Origin: Phoronis australis
Lineage: Eukaryota; Animalia; Phoronida
Assembly (NCBI GenBank): GCA_002633005.1
Contig: NMRA01000679.1
Span: forward strand, 17,620 to 80,706
Direction: 5' to 3'
DNA length: 63,087 bases
The notes below the pieces were generated by a model. It did not search any database. It was not told the origin of the DNA and worked only from the letters and a program-made list of their open reading frames with translations. Position 1 is the first letter of the stretch. Every line of letters begins with the position of its first letter. The translations under genes and the position numbers were made by a program. Of this stretch, positions 50,974-63,087 are shown in pieces.

Positions 50974-53900
50974 TCAAGGATACTATTAAATTAGTTAAAC
51001 AACAGTATATGACTGACGGCATTCAGACAGTTGATAGAACAAGTAATTCAGATTTACAATTGTCTATAAATGATCAACTTTTTCTTGAAACGTTGTTGAT
51101 GGAGATTCGCGACAAAACAATTTCCTTTGCTACTTACTTAAAAAGAAAAAGTGATAGAGCCAAACAGCAACTTATCAAAGAAATAAGTTTGTTGGAAAAA
51201 AGTCTAAGCTTTGACAGGGAACTACTAGAACAAAAAATATAGACTTCTGAGCTAAGGCAAAACAAGTTAAGAGGTCTTATGACTAGGTCGAGAGCAAGAT
51301 GGATTGAAGAGGGTGAAAAACCTTCCAAATATTTTCTTCAATTGGAAAATAGACATTACACAAGTAAGTTTATGCCTTTTTGTGAAATCTGACAATACTA
51401 AAACCAATAGTGAAAAAGAGGTTATTCAAGAAACCAAAACTTTTTATGAAACTCTATACAAATATAGACATTCTAACAATACTGCTTTAGAAACTCTTCT
51501 TGATAAGGTTTGTGTCTCCAAACCGAATGAGACAGAAAAAGAAAAATTAGAAGATCTTCTGACATATGAAGAAGTCACACAATGCTTGAAAAAAAAAATG
51601 AAAAACAAGAACCCAGGTTCTGATGTTTTTTCAGTGAAATTTTTGAATTTTTTTGGGCTGAGATTTCGTTGTTCGCTCACTTCATACTGGTTTTGCTGTT
51701 GGGCAGTTATCATCGATACGGAAAGAGGGAGTATATACCTGCATCCCTAACGGAGCAGATAAAAGTAAACATTATTTGAAAAACTGGAGACCCATATCCT
51801 TACTCAATGTGACATACAAATTGGCTTCTTCGGCTGTGGCTGAACGCTTAAAATCCGTTTTGGGAAAACTAATCAGTAAGGACCAGACAGGTTTCGTTTC
51901 TGGAAGAAATATGAACGAAAATATCCGTGTGCTATATGATTTAATGTTTTATGCCCAGGCAGCTAACAAACCAGGATTGCTTTTACTGATTGAATTTGAG
52001 AAAGCATTTGATTCATTGTCGTGGAATTTTATTCAAAAAACTTTATCTTTCCTTAATTTTGGTTGGTCTATGAGAAAGTGGGCGAAAGTCTTTTACAGTA
52101 ATGTTAGTCCTGTGTTGTCGTAAATGATCACCCATCTTCCTGGTTCAATATTTCACATGGCTGCAGACAAGGTGACCCTTTGTCTCCCTACATTTTCATA
52201 TTGTGTGCAGAGAGCTTGGCGTATTTAATCCAGAATAATAAAAAATATTGCTGGTATAGTTGCAGGAAATAAGGAATATTTGATTTCACAATATACGGAT
52301 GACACATCAATTACGTTGGATACGTGGAATTTGTCATTAACTAGCACATTGAATGTACTTGATTTGGTTGCTAGTGTCTACGGTCTCCACATGAATGTGG
52401 ATAAAACAAAAGCCATATGGTTTGGAAGTAAAACTTGTAGTGATGACGCAAGTCCTACAAAAGAAAGTCTATCTTGGACAAAAAATCTTTTAGAGTCTAT
52501 CTTGGACAAAAAAATCTTAGATTTTTTGGGTGGATTTTGACACTCAGTTGGATGGTGTGACACATATGAACTTCACTGCAAGAATAACTGAGATCAAGTC
52601 TTTATTAAAAAGTTGAAGTCAACGAAATTTAACGCCGTTTGGCAGAGTAACAGTAATTAAAACTTTAGCTATTTCTAAACTTAATTTTTTGTTGTCAAGT
52701 TTACCAAATCCACCAGTACAAGTCTTGGATGAAATGAATACGACATTTTTTAGGTTTGTATGGCAGACTCGTAATGATAAAATTAAACGAACTACGGCCT
52801 GTTTAGGACTAGATCAAGGAGTAATTCAAATGGTTAATATGCATACTTTCAGCAAAGCTTTAAAACTTGCCATGGCCCATAGATATCTTGAAAGCCCTGC
52901 GTCTAAAAGTGGTGAATTACATCACTCTACCCGTTCTTAAAGAATCTTGCTTCATTTAGAGATGACTTTATCAAGTCGAAGTTAACTCTAGATGGTAATT
53001 TCTACTGACGTGATGTATTTGGAAGTATGACATCTTTCTACAAGAAAATAATTGTTGCAAGTAAAGAAGACTTTTTGAATCAACCTTTGTGGTTTAATAG
53101 TAACTTGGCGATCGGAGGCACAAGTGTTTTTTATAAGCCTTGGTTTGTAAAAGGCTTAAGATTTATTAGATATGTATACGTCTGATGGTGATTTCGTTAG
53201 TTTGAACCATATGAAGAATAGGTTAGATGTAAAAACCAACTTCGTAGAATATAATGGTGTTTCTGTTCTAACAAGGATTCAAGTCTATTTCAAAGTAAAT
53301 TTAAAAGTGTTAGTGTCTACTCTCCTTGCATGCCTTTAGCAATAACTCACGGAAAGATTTGAAGGGTTGTAGACATATTTGTTCAGTCTTTAATGACGTT
53401 AAGAAACCTTCTAAGTCAGAGCGTAAATGGGAAATAGAGTTACCGTAAGAGATAGTTTAGATTGGAAGAAAATATACACATTGCCTTATGAAATTACAAA
53501 GGATCCCAACATTAGATCGTTCCAATTTAGAATACTACACAGGATTATTGCAACAAATACCTTTTTGGTCAAAATCCGTGTTCGGGATTCAAATTTATGT
53601 TCCTTTTGTAATAAAGTTCCAGAGACGCTGTCACACCTTTTTTGGGAATGAAGCCGTGTACAAGATTTCTGGAAGGAATTCGGAAAGCTACTACACAAGT
53701 GTCGAATTCCGAGAGTGAGCTTCCCAACTGTCTCTCTCACAAACGTGTTATTCTTGGATTTTATGAGATGCACGATTTTCTATTTAATAGTTTGCTTCTA
53801 CCAGCCAAACACTACATTTACTAGCAGAGACGTCACAAAAATATACCTAATTTTCACAAGTTCGTAACAATAATTATGAATACTATAATGCTGAAAACTT

Positions 53901-54119
53901 AATTGCATATAAAAACTTTGTATATGACAGCCTCTCTGCGAAATGAGAAAATTTCATTGCTCAGGTTAACTCCATGTAGAAGTTGTTAACTTTATATGAG
54001 ATATGAAACTGGTCTCTCCTGTTATGTGCATGCCTGAATGAATGGATATGGATGTACTTATTTGTTTGTTTGTCTTTTTGTACTTGTTTGTAAATGATAA
54101 TAAATACCTGAAAAAAAAA
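50974..54119 (+). mobile_element. Inner 5'-truncated L1/Tx1 retrotransposon
   Basis: RSRARWIEEGEK, NWRPISLLN, DQTGF, FEKAFDS, RQGDPLSP, QYTDD, CSFC..PETLSHLFWE, then AATAAA and A9. Frameshifted. Confidence 0.92.
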
Positions 54120-56107
54120 GAATAATTATTTTCATGGTTTAGAAATTTATAATAATGAAATCAACATAACCCAGTACGTGGACAACACCATTTTGTTCAT
54201 TCAAGATGAGAATTACGGAAAAGAATGTTTTATTTTTTAAAATTATTTGGGAAAAAATGTTTTATTTTTTTAAATTATTTGGAGATATTTCTGGCTTACA
54301 TTTAAACCCTGAAAAGGGCTAAGGTTTATATATTTCTGCCCGAGGTGGTGCCCATCGTCTTCAAAAAATGTACAATATCTCTTGGCCAAGAAAACCTATA
54401 AAAAGTCTAGGAACTTATTTCGGACAAAAAGACAAAGAAGTTTAATCATGGTTATAAAATTCAGAAATTAAAAGATCTATTAAATATTTGGAAAACTAGA
54501 CATTTGACGACCACAGGGAGGATTCATGTTGTAAAAACCTACGGTTTGTCTAGGTTGATTCACATTTTAGCCAATATTGAAGTTACAGAATAAAGGAATC
54601 TGTCACTGAACTTCCACATGAAGAAGGAGAGTTAAAATATCCTAGTGTGCAAGTAATTAAAAATAGCCTCATATTCAATTGGGTCAAATCTTTAAATTCA
54701 GGAGGAAATGGAAGTTGGAAATTTTATCTCAAGTCTCTTTTAACTAAATTGGGTGGTGACCTTACTTTCTTCTCAAACTTTCGTTTAAGAAATTTGAAAA
54801 TGTCAATTAACAATTCCTTTTATACTGAAGTGCTGAAAAGCTTAGAGCCCTTGAATATAGAAGTTTTTAAGAATATTCTTATCAACAAACAAGTGTTGTG
54901 GAATAATCAAAACATTTTACTTAGTAATAAATCAGTATTTTATCGGGAAAAGTTTAAAGCGGGGCTGTTATTTTGTGAAGATTTTCTAGATAATGAAAAT
55001 AAAATTCTTAGTTGCGATTTTACCAAAAATAAATACAATATCAAGAATTTTTGTATATTGCAATACAATGTTGTTGTTAGTGCATTGAGGAAGCATCTTG
55101 GTGAACTAGAACCAAGATCTATTGGTTGTAACAACTTTCATTTAATTGATTATAACAGTAGTAGTAAAGATTGGTTTACAAATTGTACTATACATACTTT
55201 TGCACAAAAACCCAACAATTATGTGTGGTTAAGTCATTATTATAATGAAAACGAAATTAGAGAAATTTATTTTTTACCTTTTAGCCTCCCTATAAATCCT
55301 GAATAGAAAAACCTCAGGTACCTCTATACCCATAGAAGAATATTTACAAATATCACTTTATACAAAATAGGGGTGGTTCAAACTGATAAGTGTCTCTATT
55401 GTGATGAGTTAGACTTTACTTCATATGTTTTATAACTGCACATGTGTCAGGACTTTCTGGGAATCTGTGCAAACACTTAAATAAAGCCCTAAATACCCAG
55501 TACATGTTTACGATTTGGGACATATTAGATTTTGTTCAAATCACTAATCCAAACCACAAATTAATTTGCAATACCATTAATACACTTGCACTTTACTTCA
55601 TTTATTAGGCATCAAAGGTAGCAAAGCCTCTCTTTTTTAACGATTTCATGTTGAAATTACAACCGTTTATCAACACAATTTTAATAGATACCTTGAACAC
55701 AAATGTGGATAAATGGACAGGTCTGCACGCATGCTTTTAATTAGTATTCTAGGAATGACCAATGAATGAAGTTGTACTGTTATTATTATTTTTATATGGA
55801 TGTATGTTTGTATGTATTTATATGGCACATAATTTCTTTGGACAACATTTCAACAACGGCGTGAGTGTGTGTATGTGAATGCGCACGAAAGTCCTCCTCC
55901 CTGCTACCCTTTCCCCGTTTAAGTTGCATTTTATTGCCTTATATAATTATTAGTTAATATTATATACTTTTGTTAAGGCCAGAACTGAGGCGCCCAACCT
56001 CAGACTGGCTTTGTGCTATGTCTGGGCAATAAATGTATAAAAAAGAAAAAAGATACAATACAATCCCTTTGACAAGTATCCTGCGTCTCCTCTGAAAGGC
56101 TTGACCA

Positions 56108-57230
56108 TACCGTATTCGCCGTAATAACTGCCCACGGTGCTTAGAAAAGTTCGGTTCAGGGTGTGTGCTTATTAAAACCCAAGGCGGTTGACACCCGGTC
56201 TCTAAAATGGATGAAATCAGAAGCTAAGGTTTATCAAATTTACGCTCTGTGACGTATATGTAATCTATGAAAGCCCTTCAACAAAACTGTGGTACATTGC
56301 TATCAAACTTTGCTGCTAAATTACGATCATTTTACAGAAAATTGTGCTGAAATCCCAAGGCAAAAACTCGCCGACTGACTGCCTCGAAATCGCCGTCTTC
56401 GATATGGCAACTTCAATGCTTGAATAAAAATGGTTTCGACTAGAGCAAATTACCTGAAATCCTTATTAAGTTTTATAAGTAGCGTCACTAAGATTTTTTA
56501 AGTTCCCAAGGAGTCTGGATTAACGGCAGGTTTAAGTACAAATCTGTGCAACATCGTGCCATCTACATGTATGATCGGCAACACGGCGAGAAAAATGTCT
56601 GGACGAACACACGTTGTTATCACGTGACGTTTGTTTTGAAGTTCGTCTGCGAGTAAGCGAGCGCGTGCCTGTCACCAGAGTTAATTTGCCAAAGCAGAGA
56701 CCGTCTTATGGCCAGAGCCATGCAATCTAACTAGCTAGACGTGCATTGTGTCTAAAAAAATTTGCACAAGCAGTAGGCCTAAACCAGAGCGTGTTTCATT
56801 CAGCACTTGCTGGTCTCGTGCTAAAAACGTTCGTCATTTGTCTCGGTAAGGCCCGTATAAGTCGCCGTGTAGCTGGATGCATACATAACTATCTGACAGT
56901 CATTTTTCAGTGTAAGGGTGTGTAAGCATTCACTGTCAGTTGTCATTTTATCGGATATTCGGCTTAAAAACACGAATTATTGTTAATCAAACAAACCCTC
57001 TCAAAAATAACGCAAACATGTTTTATAGTATCAGAAATTGTCGGAAATTAGTGCCAATATTCATTTCTTGCCGATGCTATGCTACCCGTTTCATGAATGG
57101 ATAGTTCCAGACTAATATCTTTGATAGCGCGTGCTTCCTGGCCATGTGCTTTTAACACTGGCCAAGCTTTTTATTAGTCTTCAATTTGTGCTTTTCATGT
57201 GTTGGCCTACAAAGAAATTTGGATTCCTGC
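56108..57230 (+). mobile_element. TA-flanked TIR family copy, right end truncated inside the HIRAN ORF
   Basis: Starts TACCGTATTCGCCGTAATAAC. Preceded at 56050-56107 by a HIRAN fragment (NPFDKY) from another copy. Confidence 0.85.
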
Positions 57231-57305
57231 CAAAATGTTTGATTACTCGACAGGAAAAAGCTATACTTATACACACAAATCTATATGTTAGTTTTATTAG
57301 CCTGG

Positions 57306-58556
57306 CGCACTATCACCGTTACCACAGCTACTGAAGGCATGAAGGTAAGCATGAAGCAGGCGCGGGGAAAGCGTGAGGAAGGCCTTAATCAAACCGGAGG
57401 TAAGCGCGAGTGCTAACCAGAGAGTAATGTATGAGACCACGGCAGATTTCTTACATGCCTGCTGTTTGGCTAGCCGTGAAGCAGACAAAAGTCTCATGAT
57501 TCAGTGGCTGAACTGTACATCAAATCTGTCAGAAATTGACAATGTCCCACATTCATCTCAGTAGAAACCTATTTGCCAATTTTCATTAAGTTCCATTAAG
57601 AAACTTACAGCATAGAAAAAATTGCCACTAGGGAGAATAGTGGTTCTTGGATTGGTCCGAAACTCTTTGCCATTCGTCTTCAAATTCACAGAAACACAGC
57701 TAGCTTAATCTGACAGAGATCTTTCAAGGGGATTAGAAGACGCTCAGACAGCAACATGCAACTAAATAAAAATTGGATGCATAAAAAACAAATTTCTTGG
57801 CAGAGCAACATATTTTACAAAATTTCACTTCACCAGCTAACACAATTGCCACTAAGGGGCACACAACTACACAAATTTGTCCGAACATCGCCAGATGCTG
57901 TACCATAGGCAATATACACTAGCAAGCTAANCGCACTATCACCGTTACCACAGCTACTGAAGGCATGAAGGTAAGCATGAAGCAGGCGCGAGGAAAGCGT
58001 GAGGAAGGCCTTAATCAAACCGGAGGTAAGCGCGAGTGCTACCCAGAGAGTAATGTATGAGACCACGGCAGATTTCTTACATGCCTTCTGTTTGGCTAGC
58101 CGTGAAGCAGACAAAAGTCTCATGATTCAGTGGCTGAACTGTACATCAAATCTGTCAGAAATTGACAATGTCCCACATTCATCTCAGTAGAAACCTATTT
58201 GCCAATTTTCATTAAGTTCCATTAAGAAACTTACATCATAGAAAAAATTGCCACTAGGGAGAATAGTGGTTCTTGGATTGGTCCGAAACTCTTTGCCATT
58301 CGTCTTCAAATTCACAGAAACACAGCTAGCTTAATCTGACAGAGATCTTTCAAGGGGATTAGAAGACGCTCAGACAGCAACATGCAACTAAATAAAAATT
58401 GGATGCATAAAAAACAAATTTCTTGGCAGAGCAACATATTTTACAAAATTTCACTTCACCAGCTAACACAATTGCCACTAAGGGGCACACAACTACACAA
58501 ATTTGTCCGAACATCGCCAGATGCTGTACCATAGGCAATATACACTAGCAAGCTAA
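57306..58556. repeat. 625-bp near-identical tandem duplication across a single N (probable assembly artefact)
   Basis: 57306-57930 and 57932-58556 differ at about 4 positions; N at 57931. Confidence 0.85.
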
Positions 58557-58844
58557 GTTTCGTAAGTATCATTTAGATGGTTTTGCAGACGTAGGGCAGG
58601 TCCATAATACTACAGCATCTAATGGTCGTCCTGGACAGCCATGTGCAGGCGAAAACAAATAGTTACTCGGTAAAACAGAATCCATTCAAAAATGTAGAAA
58701 CTTTGAAATTTCCATATTGGGGACAGTAGTAATCGAATGCATCGAAAAATTTGTCTGTTCCATCTCAAGCTTGATAGTAAATTCTCAGCATCCATCAAGA
58801 GGTTTTGGAGATACAGCAGCAAATTACGGATGACCATGTACTGA

Positions 58845-60761
58845 AATTGTATTTATTTGTTATAGTGACAAGTACAATTAATTCAGTTATACGTATAACA
58901 TTCGTAAGAAAAATAAGTACCCAGCCCAGTTGGGCTTATTAGTCACTTTAACCACACAACTCAGAAGTATCATAAATCACTATTAAATACTAAATAGAAT
59001 AGACTTCTGAGAGTTACAAAGAGAACAGTCAAATACAAACTGTAGCTCATCCTTCACAGAATCAGAATAACAACACAAGCAAAGTCTTTCACTTACAGAA
59101 GTGTTTATATAACTACCAGTTTCCAAGTGCAATGAGAAATTTCTTGCTCTAAACTGAGCCAAAAGAGAACGCTGAGAATGAGATAAGCTTCACATAAGCT
59201 TTAGTTAAAAACTTGTGCATAAATAAAATGTAAGTTCTTAACTTGGGTTTTGTTATAACAGACTCAGCCCAAACATTGTTTTGAGTATTCAAATAGTTTG
59301 TTTCTACCATCTACTAATGTTACAAGTAGTCAACTTTTGAAAAGAAGATTGCATGCCAATGATGTTAAACAAATTTTTGATACTGTCTCTCCAACCATTT
59401 CTACCAGCAGAGTATTCCCATAGAAATACCCTATTTAGTAACCTGTCATCACCTGTGGTCACTAATTTATTCCAAATCAACAAATTCAATTTAAACCTGT
59501 TTCTGGTCAAGTCCCACCCCATGTCACCACTAATGGTATTTAATTAGTGACTGTAAATCGGTTGACCCCTAGATAAAAACGTATAGCTCTGTTTTTAATA
59601 TTTTCATCATTACCAAATTTTTGTAACCCTAAACAGATGACCCGTAATTCAAAAGTGGTGCCACACACGAATTAAATAATTTGTCCAGTCAAAAGATTTT
59701 TTCATGTCCACAAATGTCACAAATGTAGAAAGGTTACTAGATGACTTTCTTGTTTGAATAATTGCTGACAGGAAATAATTTATAAGTGATCAATACAGGA
59801 CCGTTGGCTTCAAAACCCATTTTGATCATTAACTAAAATATTGTTCTGTTCACAAAAACCCACAATTCTATTATTCAACACAGTACTGAAAAGTTTATAG
59901 TAGTTCAAAGGTATTCTAGGGTTGTCTGTAAAATTCTTAGGTATAGGGATAATAATCGCCTTATACCAATCAGAAGGCATTAGTCCACATTTAAAAGATT
60001 CATTAAATACCTGGGTTAGAAAAACAACAATAGTTTCAAATCTTAACACCTCATAAGGTATTCAGTCATAGCCAGATGGCTATGTTATTCTGTATTTTCA
60101 TTATAACATTCCTAACCTCATCAATAGTGATTTCACAAATTTAAGCCAAGATCAATTATATTAGAACAATCATTTTCTAGCTACTTCTGGTCCACAAATT
60201 CAGGGTTTTCAGACAAAGTTCATCATCAAATAGCGTACTTTCAGACGTGCATTGAAAGAATTGTTCATAATCATTTTCCATTTATTTAGAACAAATTAAT
60301 TTCTATAAGAGTTGATTCCATTATGTGAATACAAGACTTCCATGGGAACTTCGCTAAACAGTTTTAGTCCCAGTTTCTAAATATATGCCCAGAAATTCTT
60401 AGGATTTTCAGTATTCAGAATCTCAATTTTAATCCGAACCTTCAAGTGGTATGAACGTTTCACGCATTTTAGTTTCTTGTTAAATTTTTATTGAGCAGAC
60501 ACAAACAATTGGTGTTACAGTAATGTGACCAATTCGCACGTCCTCTTTGACTTCTTCAAAATCGTTTCTCAATGTACTTTAAATTTTTCCACAAATCGTT
60601 AAGTTCCGAATTCCAGTAAGGCTGATTCCTGTTAAAATACTTTCTTAGTTTACGACTCGAATAATAATCCAGCAAGGAATCCATTTCCTTAATTAATAGG
60701 TCAAGAAATGACTGACACACTTTATCAAGTTGGTTCTGGTGTTCATAGGATAACAATTCCA
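58845..60761 (-). mobile_element. Decayed non-LTR retrotransposon (RTE-X-like)
   Basis: PYWNSEL, FN..FKCGLMPSDWYKAIIIPIPK, KLFSTVLNNRI, DQNGF, DMGW, PKLRTYILF, LHLETG. Confidence 0.8.
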
Positions 60762-61690
60762 AAGCAACGCGGAACGTTGAAATGCGCCCATGAATGCAGC
60801 GCAAATGGAGTGATTCTAAGGTTCTTTATTTGTATCATAAAATCGCCACCAGATGGCACAAAATTGTCCAATCCATCCGAAAACGGGAACATGCTATGGC
60901 CTGTTTAATAGCAAGCTATTTATCATATTTCATAAAAATCGGTCAAGGAACTTCAGAGAAACAAAAAAATGGAAAAAATGAAATATTGCCACTACGGGGC
61001 ACAACATTCCTTGGATCTGCCTTAAAGTCATCATCACCTGTTCTTAAGCTTCATATAAATACACTTGCTAAATTTCATAAAGATCGTACAATGATTTAGG
61101 AGATAAAGTTATGTGTGCAAACAAAACAAAAAAAAACTACCAATAGGAGGTGCCACAGTAGTCGTCGTCATCAACCATCCTCTTCACACTCAGAACATAT
61201 ACTTAGAATGGTTTGGTTGATAGAGAGTGGACTGAAAAACAATAAAAATGGCCACTAGGTGGAGCAAAATACCTTGATTCCATCTGAAAACAGATGGATA
61301 GCGTCATCTTAATAGATGCCTAGATTCCAAATTTTATGAAAGTCTGTTAAAAGCCTTTGAAGATACAGAGGTGAATGTAAAAAATAAAATTGCCACTAGG
61401 GGGCACACTGGTAGTCAGATCCCTCCGAAAGTCATCATGGTCGTCCGTAATCAACACCATATAAATACATTTGCTAAATTTAGTAAAGTTCCTGCAAATG
61501 GTTTAGGAGATAAAGCGCAAAAAAAATCCCACTAGGAGGTGCCACAGTAGTCAAAGTCGCCGGAAAATCATTGTGAGCTGTCCCGTTCATAGTAAAAACT
61601 TAAATGCCAATTTTCACAATCATCCTTAAAGCAGTTTGGTTGATAGAGGGTTGGATGCCAAAACCAGGTTCGAAAACAGTAAAAGTAGCC
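60762..61690 (-). mobile_element. HINE copy (3' part)
   Basis: AAGCAACGCGGAACGTTGAAATGCGCCCA terminus and CTCF-like subunit motifs at ~60845, 60990, 61252, 61393 and 61529. Confidence 0.8.
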
Positions 61691-63087
61691 ACTATTTGGT
61701 GCAAACTACGGATAAGCTCTTGACTAAGTCGGGATTGGCGCCGGGCAAGTTGCCAAGTAGACGTTTATTATTCTGCGTTCTGTTTCAAAATGAATTATTC
61801 TCATCCTAACCAATGTTTATATGAAACTGAAACAAAGGCTGTCACATTAGATACAATTTTTAATGCCTTCGAGTACTCGTAAGTGCAAATATTTTGAGAA
61901 GCCAGCAATGAATAAACCACTGCGTTACCGGCTTTTGATGCCAGCAACAAAGGTAATTAATCGGGCCCCGAGGCCGTGTGAGCGCATGCTAATTCAGTCT
62001 TTGCTGACAGAAAGCTGTTGTGGAACAATTACTCGATTTTATATACTATGGTCACATGTTAGGGGAATCTTTGTTTAGAAATACAAATACAAATACATTA
62101 TTCAAATCATTGTTACTGAACAACCTTTGCCCTGACAATCTGTGGAAGGGGAACCCGAATTGGCGGCCCCCGACAAGTAAGTAGTAGATTTTCAGTTTCG
62201 AGGCTAATTCACATAAATAATTATGTGCACATTATTTCTTTGGCTCACTATTTTATAGTCTGTTTGTGACTGGAGGTTTAGTTTCCAACTCAAGCTGGTT
62301 TAAGTTCGTGCCAGTCTCGGTGGCCGCGACGGGCTTGATCGGGTTCCGAGCCACTGGCCGGGATACGAGTATAGTCCTGTTGAGACGTCGGGTCTAGTGA
62401 TCGGGTTCTGAGCCACTGGCCGAGATAACCAGCGTTTTGTGTGTTTAGAACTCAAGAAAATCAAAAGTATAAACAGCACAGATCTAGGTTCTCCTGTAGA
62501 TTGTATTTCAAGGAAGAATACTTCGAATTTATCTTCGAACAAACCCCAAACTCCTGCTAAGGACCTTGGTAAATTGGCCTGCCGAACTTTGTAGGCTACG
62601 GTGTGTCCAAATACCAGTAAATCCGTAACAGCGAAATAAAACTACATATATTTATAAGAACTTGGTGTATTTTTAAGGGTTTTACATGGATGTTTGATGA
62701 TTTATTGGTGTTAAACGATGAATTCAAGTGATAAGCTGACACCACTAACCCGTGTCACTTGTGAACTGTTGTACGGACTGCGTGTGAAACAAATGGGGCT
62801 ATTCAGAAAATCTACAATAACTAGAGGGTGTGCGTGTACTAGTGGTGATAGATTAACAGCCTCGATTTCGCGAGCCCTTTAAATACATGGTGAAATGGCT
62901 TGCAGCCGTGCCAACTGAATCTGAGATTGCGTAAAAAGGGTGCTTTTATGAGAGGAAGTAAGCACGACCTTATACAAAGGTAAGGTTTGTGATTATTTTA
63001 ACGATTATTCCATGATTATTCTACCGATGCCTGTTAACTGAGGCACTCGCCGATGTCGGCTTCGCGGCAGTCAGTCGCCAGCCAGAG

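Larger units (their letters stand above)
44775..56051 (+). mobile_element. Outer L1/Tx1-clade retrotransposon ORF2 relic in three pieces (44775-45384, 49712-50973, 54120-56051)
   Basis: AP-endonuclease motifs (YLQET, SHGT..SKGTAIL, GDFN, RIDY, SDHS), GPGLWKCN, RT motifs (FLDFKKAYD, RQGDPLS, QYVDN), C-terminal CLYC, then AATAAA and an A-tail. Confidence 0.9.

Noticed and set aside
52478-52520. Short tandem duplication in the inner L1
   Set aside because: Ordinary post-insertion decay.
57306-58556. Recent tandem duplication with duplicated 63-aa ORFs
   Set aside because: The junction is a single N and the copies differ at ~4 sites, typical of overlapping contig ends or haplotypes. Long reads are needed to treat it as real.

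Overview
Eukaryotic, AT-rich, almost entirely repeat-derived DNA, probably from an invertebrate animal. The species cannot be determined from the sequence. I see no intact protein-coding gene, tRNA/rRNA or CRISPR array, and most ORFs in the supplied track are noise from repeats. The scaffold is a ~1.3-1.7 kb non-autonomous Helentron-type element (HINE/DINE-1-like: subterminal inverted repeats, terminal hairpins, GTCC microsatellite, insertion into T-runs), present as many nested copies and fragments from base 1 to ~61.7 kb. Every copy I could orient faces the same way. Each of its ~115-160 bp internal subunits carries a close match to the CTCF core motif (e.g. TGGCCACTAGGTGGCGCAA), giving dozens of co-oriented CTCF-like sites. 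Inserted into this scaffold are: a TA-flanked pogo/Tc1-mariner-like TIR family carrying a decayed HIRAN-domain ORF (about 8 copies or fragments); TTAA-flanked Kolobok-like elements; a Kolobok relic with convergent THAP and P2X7-tail-like ORFs; a CCC-ended EnSpm/CACTA-like element; two nested L1/Tx1 retrotransposons; RTE-X/CR1-like fragments; a Penelope-like inverted fragment with a hammerhead-like motif; a decayed short-intron gene fragment; and a few isolated candidate minus-strand exons. All calls are by eye, with no database searches.
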